From Candidatus Hermodarchaeota archaeon (lineage in GTDB: Archaea; Asgardarchaeota; Thorarchaeia; Thorarchaeales; Thorarchaeaceae): a DNA stretch of 64,000 nt. The notes under the pieces were generated by a model. That model worked only from the letters and a program-made list of their open reading frames with translations. It was not told the DNA's origin and ran no database searches. The first letter of the stretch is position 1; the number at the start of each line of letters is the position of its first letter. The position numbers and the translations under genes were made by a program. Positions 49,435-59,412 of this stretch are shown in pieces. The stretch lies in NCBI GenBank assembly GCA_048885865.1, contig JBHLLF010000012.1, positions 274 through 64,273 of the forward strand. Reading direction: 5' to 3'.

Positions 49435-50591
49435 TGGACCATAACCTTGACTCAATGCTTGCCATATTGGTCGAGGAGATAGAACGTGTTGAGGACACTA
49501 GAAAGCGGTTTGGGTCAGTTCTATCACGAATCAAAGGGGAGCTGGATCTGGGTCGATATCCTGCACTTGCAGCAGACGCTGTGGAAACACAATTCTCTAA
49601 GATGATTGACCCCACAGACCTGTCTGGGCTAAGAATTGCAGGAGTTGATGGTGGTCTTATTAGAAGACGGTTCAGATCAATAGATTTGATACTCACTCGT
49701 GGCATAGCGGTGGTCTTTCAATTCGGTCCAGAAGAAGGTCCAAGGGTGGATTTCTTTCCAAGTGCTTTTCCTGAGCCCAGTATCAGACCAGTGATGCTTA
49801 CATTACCGAGCCCAGAACTTGACCAACTTGGGTCCCTTGAACGCATTGCCGCAGAATTAAGAGTCACCCTATCTATCCTCGATGAATTCTATGTTGACCT
49901 GATTTTAGTAGATGGATCCCTGTTCTATCATCCCCGAGACCGACCAAGCATTGGGTCAGCTGTCTACGAGAAGTTTCAGGAAGTAGTGGCTCTGTATAGG
50001 CAGCTCTATCATAAGGCCAGAGAAAAGAGGACAACCTTAGCAGGGATAGTAAAGGATAGTCGATCAACTCGAATAGTCAATATCCTAAGTGACATTCTTC
50101 CACATATTCTGCGTAATCCAGGCATTTTTGAAATGATGCAAGGAGTCGACTACCGTTGGCTTCTCAAATTCTCTAGAGACTGTGATCTTCTTGACACATT
50201 TCTCGAGGAGGGTGAACGGACGTTTGCCTTCAAGTATTCAGCTGAGTTGACACAAAACACAAATTCTCTCTCAGACGATCTTTCGAAATGGGCATCTTCG
50301 ATTTGGGTCACATACTTGAAGACTGCGCGTGATGACCTCCCTATCAGAATAGAGATTCTTGTTGATGAAAGCAATGGGACTGCACAGATAGATAAGGCTC
50401 TCTCAGCTATTCTCCCTCTCTCTTGGCAGCATCCTGAGTATGGGATCCCTACTCCAGTGCTGGAAGCAGATGCACGAGCACGAATCAGTAACAACGAAAC
50501 ACAACTCATTGTCGATCGATTGATGGCTCTTTCCGGTCTTACCTATGCGACACTTGAGAGAAGACGTTCAAGAAACCCATTTGGAGGTTAA
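49434..50591 (+). CDS. nurA: NurA nuclease
   Basis: GVDGG, LVDGSL, GIVKDS and YGIP..LEAD..A motifs; upstream of herA. Confidence 0.85.
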   Translation: MDHNLDSMLAILVEEIERVEDTRKRFGSVLSRIKGELDLGRYPALAADAVETQFSKMIDPTDLSGLRIAGVDGGLIRRRFRSIDLILTRGIAVVFQFGPEEGPRVDFFPSAFPEPSIRPVMLTLPSPELDQLGSLERIAAELRVTLSILDEFYVDLILVDGSLFYHPRDRPSIGSAVYEKFQEVVALYRQLYHKAREKRTTLAGIVKDSRSTRIVNILSDILPHILRNPGIFEMMQGVDYRWLLKFSRDCDLLDTFLEEGERTFAFKYSAELTQNTNSLSDDLSKWASSIWVTYLKTARDDLPIRIEILVDESNGTAQIDKALSAILPLSWQHPEYGIPTPVLEADARARISNNETQLIVDRLMALSGLTYATLERRRSRNPFGG

Positions 50592-50594
50592 TAT

Positions 50595-52109
50595 TTGTCT
50601 GAAATATCATCATTCACACCAATTGGTACCGTCATCTGCGAGCAAGACTCACCCAACGTCATGGAGTTTTCTTTCGTTGTTGAAGGGGAAGCTCATGAGC
50701 TGGTAGTAAGACGGGGCGAGTTCGTTTCAATAGCAAACGACGATCAGACAGTCATTGCTAGAGTACAAGACCTAGTGAGAGTCAACCGATATTACCAGCA
50801 TGCCGAGGCCGTAAGAGAATACCAATCTAGAGGAGAGCCGCTCCGCTCAATCTTTCCTACTGACCGCTGGCAATATACTATTGCTAGAGCCCAAGTCCTT
50901 GGTCTGTGGTCCGAAAACAGGTCAGTCCGTCCATACTTCGCCGTATCTCCAGGAGCACGAGTAAGCAAGGCAGACAGCGAAGTGCTGGCTGCTTTTCTGA
51001 ATCTTGATGACACGGATGGACTCAACTTAGGTACTCTGGCTCATCACACTCTGGAGTTCAAACCATCTATCAACCGGCTCCTTTCAAAACATCTTGCCAT
51101 ATTAGCCATGAGTGGTGCGGGGAAGTCCTACTTTGTTTCCGTCCTTCTTGAAGAGCTTTTAGCACGCACAAAGAAACAAGGTAGGCTGGCTGTGATTGTT
51201 GTCGACGTGCATGGAGAATACACCTACCTACAGGGCCTCACAAATGACGTATTGGGTGAGCCAGACCTCGAAATCGATATAGAGCATATTCGAGGGTCAC
51301 ACATCCAAATTCCAGTACAATCCCTGGCTGCTGAAGCCATAGGGTCTCTTGTTGCTGACATGAGTGCCATTCAAGTTCGTGATCTAAGGCGTGTAGTTTC
51401 TATAATGCGAAAGGACGCAAAGAATGGCTATACACTTGGTGATATCATTGACTATGTCAGGACTGATGAAACCATCAGTAAGAACACAAGAGAGGCTCTT
51501 GTAGGATGGCTTGTTAATCTAGAAGAAACCGGATTATTCGGCAAGGAAGGTATTCCGAATCTTAAGAGCATCATTAAACCTGGGAAGCTGACCCTCATTG
51601 ACTTGAGTGACTTCATCAGTTTAAAGAAGAAGCAAATCGTCGTGTCACATTTAGTGAGCGAGCTCATGTTTCTGAGGCGCCGAGGTTCAATTCCTCCATT
51701 TCTTTTGGTCTTGGAAGAAGCCCACCAGTTTTGTCCGGAGAGCCGGCATGAGCTTGCCCTTCCTAAGAGTCGAATCGAAACTATAGCACGGGAAGGACGC
51801 AAGTTCTTCGCATTACTCTGTTTGGTTTCACAAAGACCCGTGAAACTCTCGACGACCGTGTTGAGTCAGTGCAGCAATCAAGCAATCCTCAGAGCAACGA
51901 ATCCATATGACCTCGAACATATTGGGCGTAGTAGTGAAGGCATCGACCGAGCGTCATTAGACACCATAACCACACTCGAAGTAGGAGAGGCTCTTTTTGT
52001 TGGGGAAACAGTTTCGGTTCCTACTTTTGTTAAGATTCGAAGGAGGCACTTTGAGCCATCTGGGCTCACCCAAGGTCTATCTGAGGCGCTGAAAAAGGCT
52101 GACAAATAG
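50595..52109 (+). CDS. herA: HerA helicase/translocase
   Basis: N-terminal HAS barrel, HLAILAMSGAGKS, DVHGEY, EEAH, REGRKF and SQRP motifs. Confidence 0.9.
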   Translation: MSEISSFTPIGTVICEQDSPNVMEFSFVVEGEAHELVVRRGEFVSIANDDQTVIARVQDLVRVNRYYQHAEAVREYQSRGEPLRSIFPTDRWQYTIARAQVLGLWSENRSVRPYFAVSPGARVSKADSEVLAAFLNLDDTDGLNLGTLAHHTLEFKPSINRLLSKHLAILAMSGAGKSYFVSVLLEELLARTKKQGRLAVIVVDVHGEYTYLQGLTNDVLGEPDLEIDIEHIRGSHIQIPVQSLAAEAIGSLVADMSAIQVRDLRRVVSIMRKDAKNGYTLGDIIDYVRTDETISKNTREALVGWLVNLEETGLFGKEGIPNLKSIIKPGKLTLIDLSDFISLKKKQIVVSHLVSELMFLRRRGSIPPFLLVLEEAHQFCPESRHELALPKSRIETIAREGRKFFALLCLVSQRPVKLSTTVLSQCSNQAILRATNPYDLEHIGRSSEGIDRASLDTITTLEVGEALFVGETVSVPTFVKIRRRHFEPSGLTQGLSEALKKADK

Positions 52110-52214
52110 AATAATCTATGATATTCTCCAATTAGAGGCTATTCCCAAAACAGTCAAAAAGAAAAAACATTAGCTCTCCTCAAAGCACCTACTGGATATG
52201 CGGGGGCCCTGCGT

Positions 52215-52730
52215 TTGTCTGATAAGAATCTCGAAGAAATTAAGAAAATTATCGACATTATGCAATCTGGACTTGTAGAGCTATTTGACCAGCTCCACGA
52301 ACTCAGACGTCAATTGGATTTAGCAGGTGCAGATTTTGAATCTAGCCCCTCACTTTCACCAGCTCCAACAATCTCTAAGGCTGCGGCTGCAACCAAAGAA
52401 GAAGACACAAACGAATCATCATCAGCTACAAGCATGCCCCCGGACGAATTAGCTGACATTCCCCTGACAAATGAGAATGTTTCAATTGTTCTTGATCCCA
52501 TCACGCAGGAATTGCAGACTGGAGAGGCACCTGCTCAGGTCATAGCAGAATATCTTGAGGCTGCTAAAGACTATCTTATTCAAGAACATTCAGCCAATGA
52601 GAAGGTCGTACGGGACATAGATGTGGTATTGAAATTCCTCCACGCCAGAGGCAAAAAGGGAATTCGACCAGAAGAACGAGATAACATCCTTGAACGAATT
52701 CGAAGATGGAAGGTACACCTAACCATCTAA
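52215..52730 (+). CDS. Hypothetical protein (coiled coil, Ser/Ala/Pro linker, helical C-terminus)
   Basis: 171-aa ORF filling an intergenic gap; no recognised motif. Confidence 0.6.
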   Translation: MSDKNLEEIKKIIDIMQSGLVELFDQLHELRRQLDLAGADFESSPSLSPAPTISKAAAATKEEDTNESSSATSMPPDELADIPLTNENVSIVLDPITQELQTGEAPAQVIAEYLEAAKDYLIQEHSANEKVVRDIDVVLKFLHARGKKGIRPEERDNILERIRRWKVHLTI

Positions 52731-52794
52731 AATGTCAGGATGAAAGAAGCAAGAACCTCACCCAGCAATTCTGGATGAGGTTAAAGGGCCCTCA

Positions 52795-53115
52795 CTATTC
52801 CAAATCGATTATGATACGTTTGACTTTCGTCTTTGATATCTTCTTCAAACCGTGTTGCCCGGGTTCGTAACGGCATTCCAGAAGACCCGATTCATAAAGT
52901 ATCTTGATTTGGGCACTGGCATTCGCCTCCGTTCCCCCGAGGTGTCGTGCCACTCGTGTCACATCCTTCTCACCCTGCAGAAGGAGTTTGAGTATCTTTA
53001 GCCTAGTTCCAGAAGATAGCGCTCGTCCAATGCGTAGAATAGCGTCGTCCTTGTCAATTTGCAGTGTTTCAGACAGTAGTAACACCTCGCATGAGTTAGC
53101 CTGTTGCTCAAGCAA
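52795..53115 (-). CDS. ArsR-family winged-helix protein
   Basis: ALSSGTRLKIL..V..VA..L...ANAS.QI..L..SGL pattern. Confidence 0.8.
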   Translation of the reverse strand: MLEQQANSCEVLLLSETLQIDKDDAILRIGRALSSGTRLKILKLLLQGEKDVTRVARHLGGTEANASAQIKILYESGLLECRYEPGQHGLKKISKTKVKRIIIDLE

Positions 53116-53223
53116 GTCTTTATTATACTTGTTGTTTGTGTATACTTTTTTTGCTAGTGCGCTTCTATACCGATGTCAATCCTTATAGCCAAAGCAACGA
53201 ACGCGCAATCGAGTGCAGAGCCC

Positions 53224-55242
53224 ATGGGCGATGAAAGTGTATTCATAATGGGATTCGACATCCTTCCCAGCCAAAGTCCAAAGTCTAAGAGGAGTGCAAA
53301 GTTTGCATGCGTGATCATGCACGAAGGCGTTTCGTTGAACGAGTATCCTGAGATATCTCGTGGAGCACTCTTAAAGCTGGTCCGAGAGATTCGTCCCAAA
53401 TGGCTATGCACCGATAACATCTTCGAAATAGTACCTGATAGCAAATCTCTCTTTCGTTTTGTTGACAAAATACCAGCAGAAACCCGATTGGTTCAAGTTA
53501 CCGGAGTCCCACCACGTCAAATTTCTTTGAAGCGACTTGCGAAGAGACATGGACTAAGTGTTCGTGGAAAACCAACACCACTCGAATCCGCGTATCTTGC
53601 AGCTCAGTTGGCTATGCTGGGTATCGGACATAGTCTGGAATGCTTTGGAGAGCAGACGGAGATCAAGGTAGCTCGTGGGAGAAAGCCTGGTCGTGGCGGT
53701 CAGAGTGCAAATCGCTTCAGACGCAAGGTTCACTCCCAAATTCAGCAAATGACAAGATATATTGAAGATCAGCTGAAGACCGCAAAAATCGATTATGACA
53801 TTGATGTTAGGAGTTCTGATTTTGGCTACGCAAGCGCCCGAATAATCGCATACGCAACCTTGCCAAATATCCGTACATTGATTGAATCAAAACGTGGCGG
53901 TGACTTCAAGATACTCATATCACCAGTTAGAAAGAGAGTTGAATTCCTTCCTCTTGAACCAAAACCCATCACCAGTGCTTTACGACCAAGATACTTCATT
54001 TTGGGAATTGATCCAGGTTCCACAGCAGCAATATGTATGCTGACATTGAATGGAAAGATACACCGACTTTCGAGTGGGAAGTCGCTGACCAGAGCTGACA
54101 TAATTAGGCAGGTGTATGAACAAGGAATTCCTGTGATGGTTGCAACAGATGTCACTCCTGTGCCCCACTTCGTGAAGAAGATAGCAAGCACTGTAAATGC
54201 TGAGCTATTTGTCCCAAAGCGAGAAATCCCAGTTTCAGATAAACAAGAGCTGGCAAGGGAGTTTTCTGACGGTTTCAAGATACGAAATGCTCACGAGCGA
54301 GATGCTCTCACAGCCGCGGTGTATGCTTTTCGGAATATCCAACCAAAGCTACAGCAGATAGAACGAAAGATACGTGATGAACAGCTTGTTGTTGATAGAA
54401 ACCAATTGAAAGCATTAGTCATCAAGGGCATGTCAATGAAAGAGGCTATAGCTAGTCTTCTTCATGAGGAGTCGAAAGAGGTCGAGATTGTTCCAGAGCC
54501 TATTAAGGAGGAGGAACCGCTTACACAGGAACGATTCGATTCACTTCTTGCCAAGCAAGCAGAAGCAGAGGCTGAGAACCTTGTACTTAGCGAGAGAGTT
54601 GAAGATTTAGAGCGTTTTGTAGAGTTCTTACAGTTTCGAGAGAGTGAACTGACAGACAGCTTGGACATCGTCACAAAAGACAACTACTGGAAAATCAAAC
54701 GAGACCGAGAAGTTGTGAAGAAAGACAATGAACTTGAACAGTTTAGACGCGAAGCGAAGAGCCTCAAGAAAGAGATCGAGCAACTGAAGAAGCGTTTAGA
54801 GAATCTCAGGGGTGTAAAACGGCGTGAGATTCGGGGTGATATGCTTGCCATTAAGTCAGTCCCTCATTTCACAAGAGAGAGTATAGAAGAATATATACAG
54901 AAAGTGGGCCTGAAGCCTGGCGATATCGTTCTTTTCGAGGATGCTAGCGGTGGCGGTCCTCAAACAGCAGGACTGTTGATTGAACGTGGCATTCGTGCAG
55001 TGATTGTAGACACTCACTTGTCGCACCTGTCAGAAGAAGAGCTTGTGCAATCTCTAATTCCTGTCATAAATGCAGAAGAAGTTGAATTGCAGAGGGTCGA
55101 TGAGTTTGCATTCATTAGCAGAAAGAAGTTTGAAACACAGCTTCAATCATTCATTGCCACAGTACGTGAAAAGGCGCGTCAGAAAGGCGAGGATGAGCTT
55201 GTTGAACTCGTTGAACGATACCAACGTGAAATCGAACGCTAA
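53224..55242 (+). CDS. DUF460/COG2433 RNase H-like plus coiled-coil protein
   Basis: GRGGQSANRF, ILGIDPG, ATDV, NAHERDAL motifs and long coiled coil. Confidence 0.85.
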   Translation: MGDESVFIMGFDILPSQSPKSKRSAKFACVIMHEGVSLNEYPEISRGALLKLVREIRPKWLCTDNIFEIVPDSKSLFRFVDKIPAETRLVQVTGVPPRQISLKRLAKRHGLSVRGKPTPLESAYLAAQLAMLGIGHSLECFGEQTEIKVARGRKPGRGGQSANRFRRKVHSQIQQMTRYIEDQLKTAKIDYDIDVRSSDFGYASARIIAYATLPNIRTLIESKRGGDFKILISPVRKRVEFLPLEPKPITSALRPRYFILGIDPGSTAAICMLTLNGKIHRLSSGKSLTRADIIRQVYEQGIPVMVATDVTPVPHFVKKIASTVNAELFVPKREIPVSDKQELAREFSDGFKIRNAHERDALTAAVYAFRNIQPKLQQIERKIRDEQLVVDRNQLKALVIKGMSMKEAIASLLHEESKEVEIVPEPIKEEEPLTQERFDSLLAKQAEAEAENLVLSERVEDLERFVEFLQFRESELTDSLDIVTKDNYWKIKRDREVVKKDNELEQFRREAKSLKKEIEQLKKRLENLRGVKRREIRGDMLAIKSVPHFTRESIEEYIQKVGLKPGDIVLFEDASGGGPQTAGLLIERGIRAVIVDTHLSHLSEEELVQSLIPVINAEEVELQRVDEFAFISRKKFETQLQSFIATVREKARQKGEDELVELVERYQREIER

Positions 55243-55260
55243 AAGGAGATCGAGAGAACT

Positions 55261-55488
55261 CTATTCAGGAATCTGAATCCAGAGAATGTTATTTCCTCGT
55301 AGCAACAGCTGACCATATTTGGCTCGAATCTCCTCATTCTCAAGCTCTTCTGCATCAGCTAATGTCAAGTTCATGTACATATCACACCTAGTAAGTCGCC
55401 CTCGGAAGATTCGTTGATCCTTTAGTTTTATCGAAATGACATCATTGAGAACTGATTCAAGTGCTTTGATGGGCATGTTCTGTGACAC
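55261..55488 (-). CDS. Sm/LSm-like protein
   Basis: Sm1 G.L...D.YMNLTL and Sm2 LLRGNN motifs. Confidence 0.92.
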   Translation of the reverse strand: MSQNMPIKALESVLNDVISIKLKDQRIFRGRLTRCDMYMNLTLADAEELENEEIRAKYGQLLLRGNNILWIQIPE

Positions 55489-55626
55489 TGTCTTATCCTC
55501 AGGTCAGGGCCAAGTCTGAACATTATAAAGCCTTTGCTGAAAAGCAATTGAAAACTGTCGTATCATTGAATCACACGTCAATGTTAAGTACAGATTGAGA
55601 TGCAAACCAAATGGACTCGAATCAAT

Positions 55627-56619
55627 ATGTCAATTATCTGTCTAGGCATTGAGGGAACCGCACACTCTTTTGGAGCTGGAGTAGTATCCAGTGATGGCCA
55701 AGTACTATCCAATATCTGGGATCTGTTTTCGCCAGAAGAAGGTGGAATACATCCTCGGGAGGCTAGTCGACATCACTCAGATATAGGCCCTACCATAATT
55801 CGAAATGCATTGGAGAAGGCCTCCATCTCCAGTGAGGACATTGATTTGATAGCTTTCTCTAGAGGCCCTGGTCTTGGACCATGTTTGAGGACCACAGCAA
55901 CGATTGCACGCACATTATCCCTACGATTAGATGTACCCTTGATTGGAGTAAATCACTGCGTCGCACACATAGAGATAGGCCGTCTTGAGTCTGGTTTCAG
56001 TGACCCAGTGACTGTATATGTTTCAGGAGGGAACACACAAATCATTGCGTACGCCGGGAAGCGATATCGAACATTTGGTGAAACCCTAGATATCGCCATC
56101 GGAAACATGCTTGACACTTTTGGGCGAGATGCGGGGATGCGCTTTCCAGCAGGCCCTCAAATAGAACAAGAAGCTACCAACGCTGCCAATTATCACCCAT
56201 TGCCTTATTCTGTCAAAGGAATGGACATCAGCTATTCTGGGATGTTGACCGCAGCCAAGAGGCTCATTTCTGAGGGAGTTCCATTGGCAGATGCATGTTT
56301 CAGTGTTCAAGAAACAGCATTTGGCATGCTTGCTGAGATTGCTGAACGTGCAATAGCTCACACGAAGAAGAATGAGCTTCTCTTGACCGGAGGAGTAGCA
56401 CGGAACAACCGTCTCACAGATATTCTATCGGGAGTTGCACAACGGCACAATGCAGAATTCCATAGAGTCACACCTTCCCTTGCGGGTGATCAAGGTGCAA
56501 TGATTTCATGGACTGGCATTCTTCAGCACGAGGCTGGAGACAGATTGAGTGTTGCAGATTCCACAATCCTCCCAAAGTGGCGTACAGATGAACAAGACAT
56601 TGTGTGGAGGAAGTCATGA
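55627..56619 (+). CDS. kae1: KEOPS t6A synthase Kae1
   Basis: GIEGTAH, GPGLGP, HCVAHIE, SGGNT and GGVARN motifs. Confidence 0.95.
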   Translation: MSIICLGIEGTAHSFGAGVVSSDGQVLSNIWDLFSPEEGGIHPREASRHHSDIGPTIIRNALEKASISSEDIDLIAFSRGPGLGPCLRTTATIARTLSLRLDVPLIGVNHCVAHIEIGRLESGFSDPVTVYVSGGNTQIIAYAGKRYRTFGETLDIAIGNMLDTFGRDAGMRFPAGPQIEQEATNAANYHPLPYSVKGMDISYSGMLTAAKRLISEGVPLADACFSVQETAFGMLAEIAERAIAHTKKNELLLTGGVARNNRLTDILSGVAQRHNAEFHRVTPSLAGDQGAMISWTGILQHEAGDRLSVADSTILPKWRTDEQDIVWRKS

Positions 56620-57242
56620 TGGAGATTTGGAACATTGGAGCAGAGTCTACAATATACAGATTCGAGCAATGGGGCCATACAATACTGCTGAAACATCGTC
56701 CACAGAAACTCTACTTGCTGAAGGAGATAGATGAATTTCTGAGAGCATCTAGAACGAGTAGAGAATGCAAGATGCTGACGGTAGCAAGAAATCTCGGAGT
56801 TCCCACTCCCACAGTGTATTGGGTCGACATGCATAGACATTCTATTGCGATGGAATACCTCCAAGGCAAACAGCTCAAACAGATAGTCGACGAGATGTCA
56901 GTTGATAGACTACAAAAGATTACCAGCGAATTCGGGAGGCTAATCGGTCTTTTACATAATGGGGGCATCGTTCACGGTGACCCTACTACCAGTAACGTGA
57001 TAGTCAACCAAGAGGGGAAGCTGTGGATTGTCGACTTTGGACTTGCTGAAATGAATGCCACTGTAGAAATGAAAGGAGTCGATCTTCATCTAATGCGACG
57101 AGCATTTGAAACTACTCACTGGGATTTCGAGGCAATTTTGTGGGATGCTGCTCTTGAAGGCTACAAGACCATCCAGACCGAAGAAACAGACAATGTGTTG
57201 GCTCGAGTTGAGGAGATTCGAGAACGTGGCAGGTATCACTAG
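56616..57242 (+). CDS. bud32: KEOPS kinase Bud32
   Basis: GAES, HGDPTTSN, DFGL, C-terminal RGRY; ATGA overlap with kae1. Confidence 0.93.
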   Translation: MMEIWNIGAESTIYRFEQWGHTILLKHRPQKLYLLKEIDEFLRASRTSRECKMLTVARNLGVPTPTVYWVDMHRHSIAMEYLQGKQLKQIVDEMSVDRLQKITSEFGRLIGLLHNGGIVHGDPTTSNVIVNQEGKLWIVDFGLAEMNATVEMKGVDLHLMRRAFETTHWDFEAILWDAALEGYKTIQTEETDNVLARVEEIRERGRYH

Positions 57243-57335
57243 TAGAACAAGTCATTGAGCAATCTTTATATCCACAGCCATTGGCCGTGAGGCTGACCCG
57301 GTTTCTTGGGACTTAAGAACTCAGAGGCACTCTTA

Positions 57336-57797
57336 ATGGCAAGGATGCACACACGCCGCAAAGGCCAGTCTGGAAGCAGACGACCCTCTACACTACAAAC
57401 TCCTGAATGGCTGGAGAAGGAGAAAAATGCGGAGTGGGTAGAGAATAAGGTAGTAGAGCTTGCAAAGGCTGGAAACACCCCCTCAATGATTGGTATGCTA
57501 CTTAGGGACCAGTATGGTATACCTCTGGTGAAGGTGATAACCGGGAAGAAGATCATGGATATCATCACTGAGAACAATCTTCAGAGACAAGTCCCTGAAG
57601 ACCTTCGCAACATGATTGCTAAGGCTGCAAAGATTCGAAGACACTTGGAGGAGAACAAACGAGACTTCGTATCAAAACGTGGCCTCCAGCTTGTTGAGAG
57701 CAAGATTCACCGACTGTCGAAATACTATAGGAAGAAGCATGTGCTTCCTGCGGATTGGAAGTATAGTCCAGACCAAGCTGCTGTTTTGTTGAGGTAG
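57336..57797 (+). CDS. rps15: 30S ribosomal protein uS15
   Basis: MARMH..RKGQSGS, LRDQYGIP and ESKIHRL motifs. Confidence 0.97.
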   Translation: MARMHTRRKGQSGSRRPSTLQTPEWLEKEKNAEWVENKVVELAKAGNTPSMIGMLLRDQYGIPLVKVITGKKIMDIITENNLQRQVPEDLRNMIAKAAKIRRHLEENKRDFVSKRGLQLVESKIHRLSKYYRKKHVLPADWKYSPDQAAVLLR

Positions 57798-57831
57798 CTT
57801 TATCATCAAGGCTTTGTTCTTTAGCCATGAG

Positions 57832-59157
57832 ATGAGCGGCAAGTCACGTGGGACTCCTAGTTTCAAAGCCATAAAAGCACAGTATTCAGAGATTTCTTTC
57901 AAAATAACCAGGCCAGTCATAATTGTAAGCTCATCTATACCTGAGTCAACACTCGCTTCAGCAATCCTATCCAGATCTATCTTCAAATCCGGTGGGCTAT
58001 TCCACATTACATTCGTCGAGCCAGTTGTGCATGCTGAAGAAATAAACAGATTGCGAAGCACCTACTCAGACTCGACCATGATTGTCGTTGGAGTTGATGT
58101 TGCAGACAAGAAACGCATCAAGAAGGGAAAAGGCTACCCTGTTTTCATTGGAGGCGTCCATGGGTCAGAACAGGTTCAATCACTTTGTTTAGGAAACGAA
58201 CGGACCATCTCTGCAGCATCATACATCCTTGCTGATGAGATTACCAAACCCGGCTCTGAAGAACTACAACTTGCTGCAGCAGGGACATTGCTCAATAACC
58301 ACTCTGCAAAGCTGAAAGGCGCGGCAAGAGAAGTAGTAGCATCCGCTCAGAATAAAGGACTAATTGAGGAGAAAAAGGGGTTCAGACTGTTCGGAGTCAA
58401 CTTCATGCCTTTGAATGAAGTTCTGGCTTACAGCATATGGCCATATTTGCCCAATCTAAGTGGTAGGCCAGAAATCTGTGACAAGATCTATGAAGAAGCC
58501 GATATTCCCTACCCGAAGTTCAAGACGCCTCTTAGCTCCCTTACTTCTGAGGAGGCAACAAAGGTGAATCAGCATCTTTCCCTCAAGCTTGATCCAAGTG
58601 TAATTTCTCAGGTCTTAGGACAGGATTTTATTTTCTCCAATGAAAATGAAACGAGTCCAGCACGCTTACTATCTGGAATAAGAGCCATAGCTGAAACTGC
58701 TTGGACTTTAGCTGAACCCAGTGCTTCTACAGCTATTTGGATTGGTGATCGGGCGCAGGTACTGAAGAGATTCCTTGATTCATATAAAGCGCATTCAAAA
58801 GAGGTCATTGCTGGTGTGGAACGGATGGTTGTGCTTCTTCAGGAATCAGAGAGTGAAGGAGCAGATCAACCCCTTGTGATTTCACATACTGAAACACACG
58901 AAGAAATACTGAGCGATGTGGGACGAATCGTTCTTGAAGCGAATTATGTCGACACAGACAGGCTAATGATCATTTCAAAGGACAGCGGCATCTCTGCAAT
59001 ATGGAAGTCAGGAACTATCTCCCTCCAAGATTTGTTCCGTTCTCTAATTGACATAGGTATCTATCCAAATGCCACATCATCAAATTCGCTGAGGGTCAAT
59101 GACACTTCTGAGGAAACAAAGTCAAAGATTGCGGATGCTCTAACAGGCAAGAGATAG
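57832..59157 (+). CDS. Degenerate DHH/RecJ-like protein
   Basis: Conserved archaeal position between rps15 and pcc1; FG...PL..LAYS..PYLP.LSG segment; DxD and DHH motifs absent. Confidence 0.6.
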   Translation: MSGKSRGTPSFKAIKAQYSEISFKITRPVIIVSSSIPESTLASAILSRSIFKSGGLFHITFVEPVVHAEEINRLRSTYSDSTMIVVGVDVADKKRIKKGKGYPVFIGGVHGSEQVQSLCLGNERTISAASYILADEITKPGSEELQLAAAGTLLNNHSAKLKGAAREVVASAQNKGLIEEKKGFRLFGVNFMPLNEVLAYSIWPYLPNLSGRPEICDKIYEEADIPYPKFKTPLSSLTSEEATKVNQHLSLKLDPSVISQVLGQDFIFSNENETSPARLLSGIRAIAETAWTLAEPSASTAIWIGDRAQVLKRFLDSYKAHSKEVIAGVERMVVLLQESESEGADQPLVISHTETHEEILSDVGRIVLEANYVDTDRLMIISKDSGISAIWKSGTISLQDLFRSLIDIGIYPNATSSNSLRVNDTSEETKSKIADALTGKR

Positions 59158-59165
59158 GTGAGTCA

Positions 59166-59405
59166 ATGAAGGCAGTAATTGAGCTGAATCTTGCGTCGTC
59201 ATTGGAAGCAGAAGAAGTTCTTCAGGCTATATCACCTGATAACTTTCCATTACCTCCCGGTCTTGAGATTGATTCAAAAACCAAGGATAATGTGCTTGTT
59301 GTTGAGATTAACTGTACTCGGGGACCAAAGAGTCTTGGTGCAACAGTTGAAGACTTGATGAGTGCAATCGATCTATCTCTGCGTACAATGCAGACAATTG
59401 AATAG
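59166..59405 (+). CDS. pcc1: KEOPS subunit Pcc1
   Basis: AISPDN and SL.ATVEDL motifs; synteny. Confidence 0.8.
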   Translation: MKAVIELNLASSLEAEEVLQAISPDNFPLPPGLEIDSKTKDNVLVVEINCTRGPKSLGATVEDLMSAIDLSLRTMQTIE

Positions 59406-59412
59406 AACTAGC

